Positions 62,244 through 64,000 of a stretch of DNA of 64,000 nt are shown here, in pieces. The position numbers and the translations under genes were made by a program. Source of the stretch: Bispira polyomma (taxonomy: Eukaryota); the NCBI GenBank assembly GCA_965649765.1, contig OZ287757.1:9176001-9240000 (forward strand). The letters are read 5' to 3'. The notes below the pieces were generated by a model. That model did no database searches. It saw only the letters and a program-made list of their open reading frames with translations, and was not told the origin of the DNA. Position 1 is the first letter of the stretch. Each line of letters opens with the position of its first letter.

Positions 62244-63584
62244 CTTTTATAAAGTTTAAAACATCAATACAAACCTTTACTCACGCTACAAATATATGGC
62301 TTTAAAAATGACACAACAATGGCCTGAATACTATTTTTCAAGCAGTATACATGAATACAACTCTCCACAGAAGAACCTTGGGGACAAATGGAAGGGGAAA
62401 TAGTACAAAAGCCAGAAAACTGGGAAAGGGGTTGGGAACTAGTACAAAAACCAGAAAACTGGGAGAGAGAGAGGGGGGGGGGGGGGGGGGCATTTCTAAA
62501 GAAACTTTATACATGCAAGACAACTTTTGTTCTGTCTGTGTGAAAAAAATATGAAACAGCTACACATTACTTTCTACATAAAATAAAACATTTTGGAGAT
62601 CTTATGGTCAACATTTTTGTTATAATTTTTAATAACTATTAATTATGTCTTATATAATGTGGTAGGTTGTTGGAGGTTTATTAATAATATATGATATAGT
62701 GTTCGCGGCAGTTTACTGGACCTGTGACCAAATGGTTGGATCTATAAGAATAATTTACTAAAAATATTTGCTTCGTGTAACAACCCCTATTTAAAAAAAA
62801 AACTATTATCTTGCCATTTAGTCTGTGGTTATATATTGAATAATCTAATAGCTATACACAATAGTATAACTTATGACCAACATTTAAGGACTTCCTTACA
62901 TAAATAGCATTATCTGAAAATATTGCCGTATATTTCCCCTTTGAAAAGAACCTAATAAACTGCTGTGTCAGATTCACAATGATTTGCTATGGCAAAGAAC
63001 TCTCTCCCTCGCCATATGTACCATCAGTAAATCTAAGCATTGTTGAGGACAGAAAACTTGTTTTATAACTACAGTAGTGACCGTAAAATCACTGCAGTTT
63101 TGCAGCCCCGAAATTGGGCTTTAAAGCTGCACTCAACAAACTAGTCATTCTCTTGTGTAAAAAATAAATTATAAAAAAAAAAAAAATCAAAACATTTTTA
63201 CATAGACGTCTCAGATTTGAATTTTTCCCTTCGATTTAACTTACTAGGTACCCACAGTAGATGGTGCTCAAAATCCATTTCAAACCGTTAACTAGTAACT
63301 GGTGGCTCCCTATTTTCAGACTCATCAGTGACTTACTTCGTAGTGGCATTATCATGATATGGCCGCCAGGCCATTCTCCTCTTGTTTAAGATTTCACAGT
63401 ATTTTCTGAAAACCTTTCTGAAAGAGGAAAACATCTCTTGTTTAAAACCTATGAGTCAGATTTCTAAAAATGATTTGATTGCTATATCTTTGACACTCAT
63501 GTTTCTAACATCTGTCGCTCCTGTCGCTTTTTAAAAATAAGTTAATTGCTATAAGTTTGATACTTATGTTGCTAAATTCTGTTG

Positions 63585-64000
63585 CTCCTGTTGTTACCAT
63601 ATATGCGACATCAAAAGAATACGAAAACACCTGTCAATGGACAGGGATAACAGTGGCTAATGCCCTTGTTACCAGCCACCTCGACTACTGCAACTCTCTT
63701 CTGTTCAGAGTAAGCAAGTCACAGATCAAAAAGCTCCACTCTATCCAAAACTACCTATGCAGGATTATTTTTCGCCTGGCTTGTCATCGCAAACGTCACT
63801 TCTAACCTCAAAAAATTACACTGGCTGCCCATTCACTCTCGTATTTTGTTCAAGATTCACATTACCACTTTCAAGGCTATAGTCCCTTAACAGCCCTCCT
63901 ACCTTGCTTCCCTTCTCTCTTTCAGTAACAGTAAGATAGGCAACAGACTCTCTATTTTTTCGGTCAGATCCAGCAGGAAGGCGGGATCCAGAGCATTCTC
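63585..64000 (+). mobile_element. 5'-truncated L2 LINE (family X), runs off the window end
   Basis: ITVANALVTSHLDYCNSLL, LHSIQNYLCRIIF, LHWLPIHSRILFKIH. Confidence 0.85.

Overview
AT-rich animal (probably marine invertebrate/lophotrochozoan-type) genomic DNA made almost entirely of nested, mostly degenerate transposable elements. It holds at least eight pieces of tyrosine-recombinase (YR) retrotransposons of the DIRS/Ngaro type (gag, RT-RNase H, YR, no methyltransferase). One of them (element F, 51171-56748) is nearly complete. Also present: one near full-length L2-clade LINE and many 5'-truncated L2 tails, an internally deleted Gypsy LTR element with a 4-bp TSD, two young tRNA-derived SINEs with TSDs, Helentron-type non-autonomous elements, a possible Academ transposase relic, and a local duplication with reciprocal TE insertions. 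Only one plausible host coding exon was found (27281-27562). The most interesting signal comes from comparing the YR elements. (i) There is a conserved phase-1 splice donor inside gag (5 copies) and a phase-1 acceptor immediately after the pol stop (2 copies), predicting a spliced Gag-YR fusion. (ii) gag and pol are in one frame separated by a single UAG-G, suggesting readthrough. (iii) The termini are 11-bp inverted repeats that would form a dif/loxP-like dyad on circularisation. (iv) Both junctions of F fall in the same ~30-bp stretch of antisense gag of related elements. All calls are by eye; boundaries of degenerate elements are approximate and novelty could not be checked against databases.
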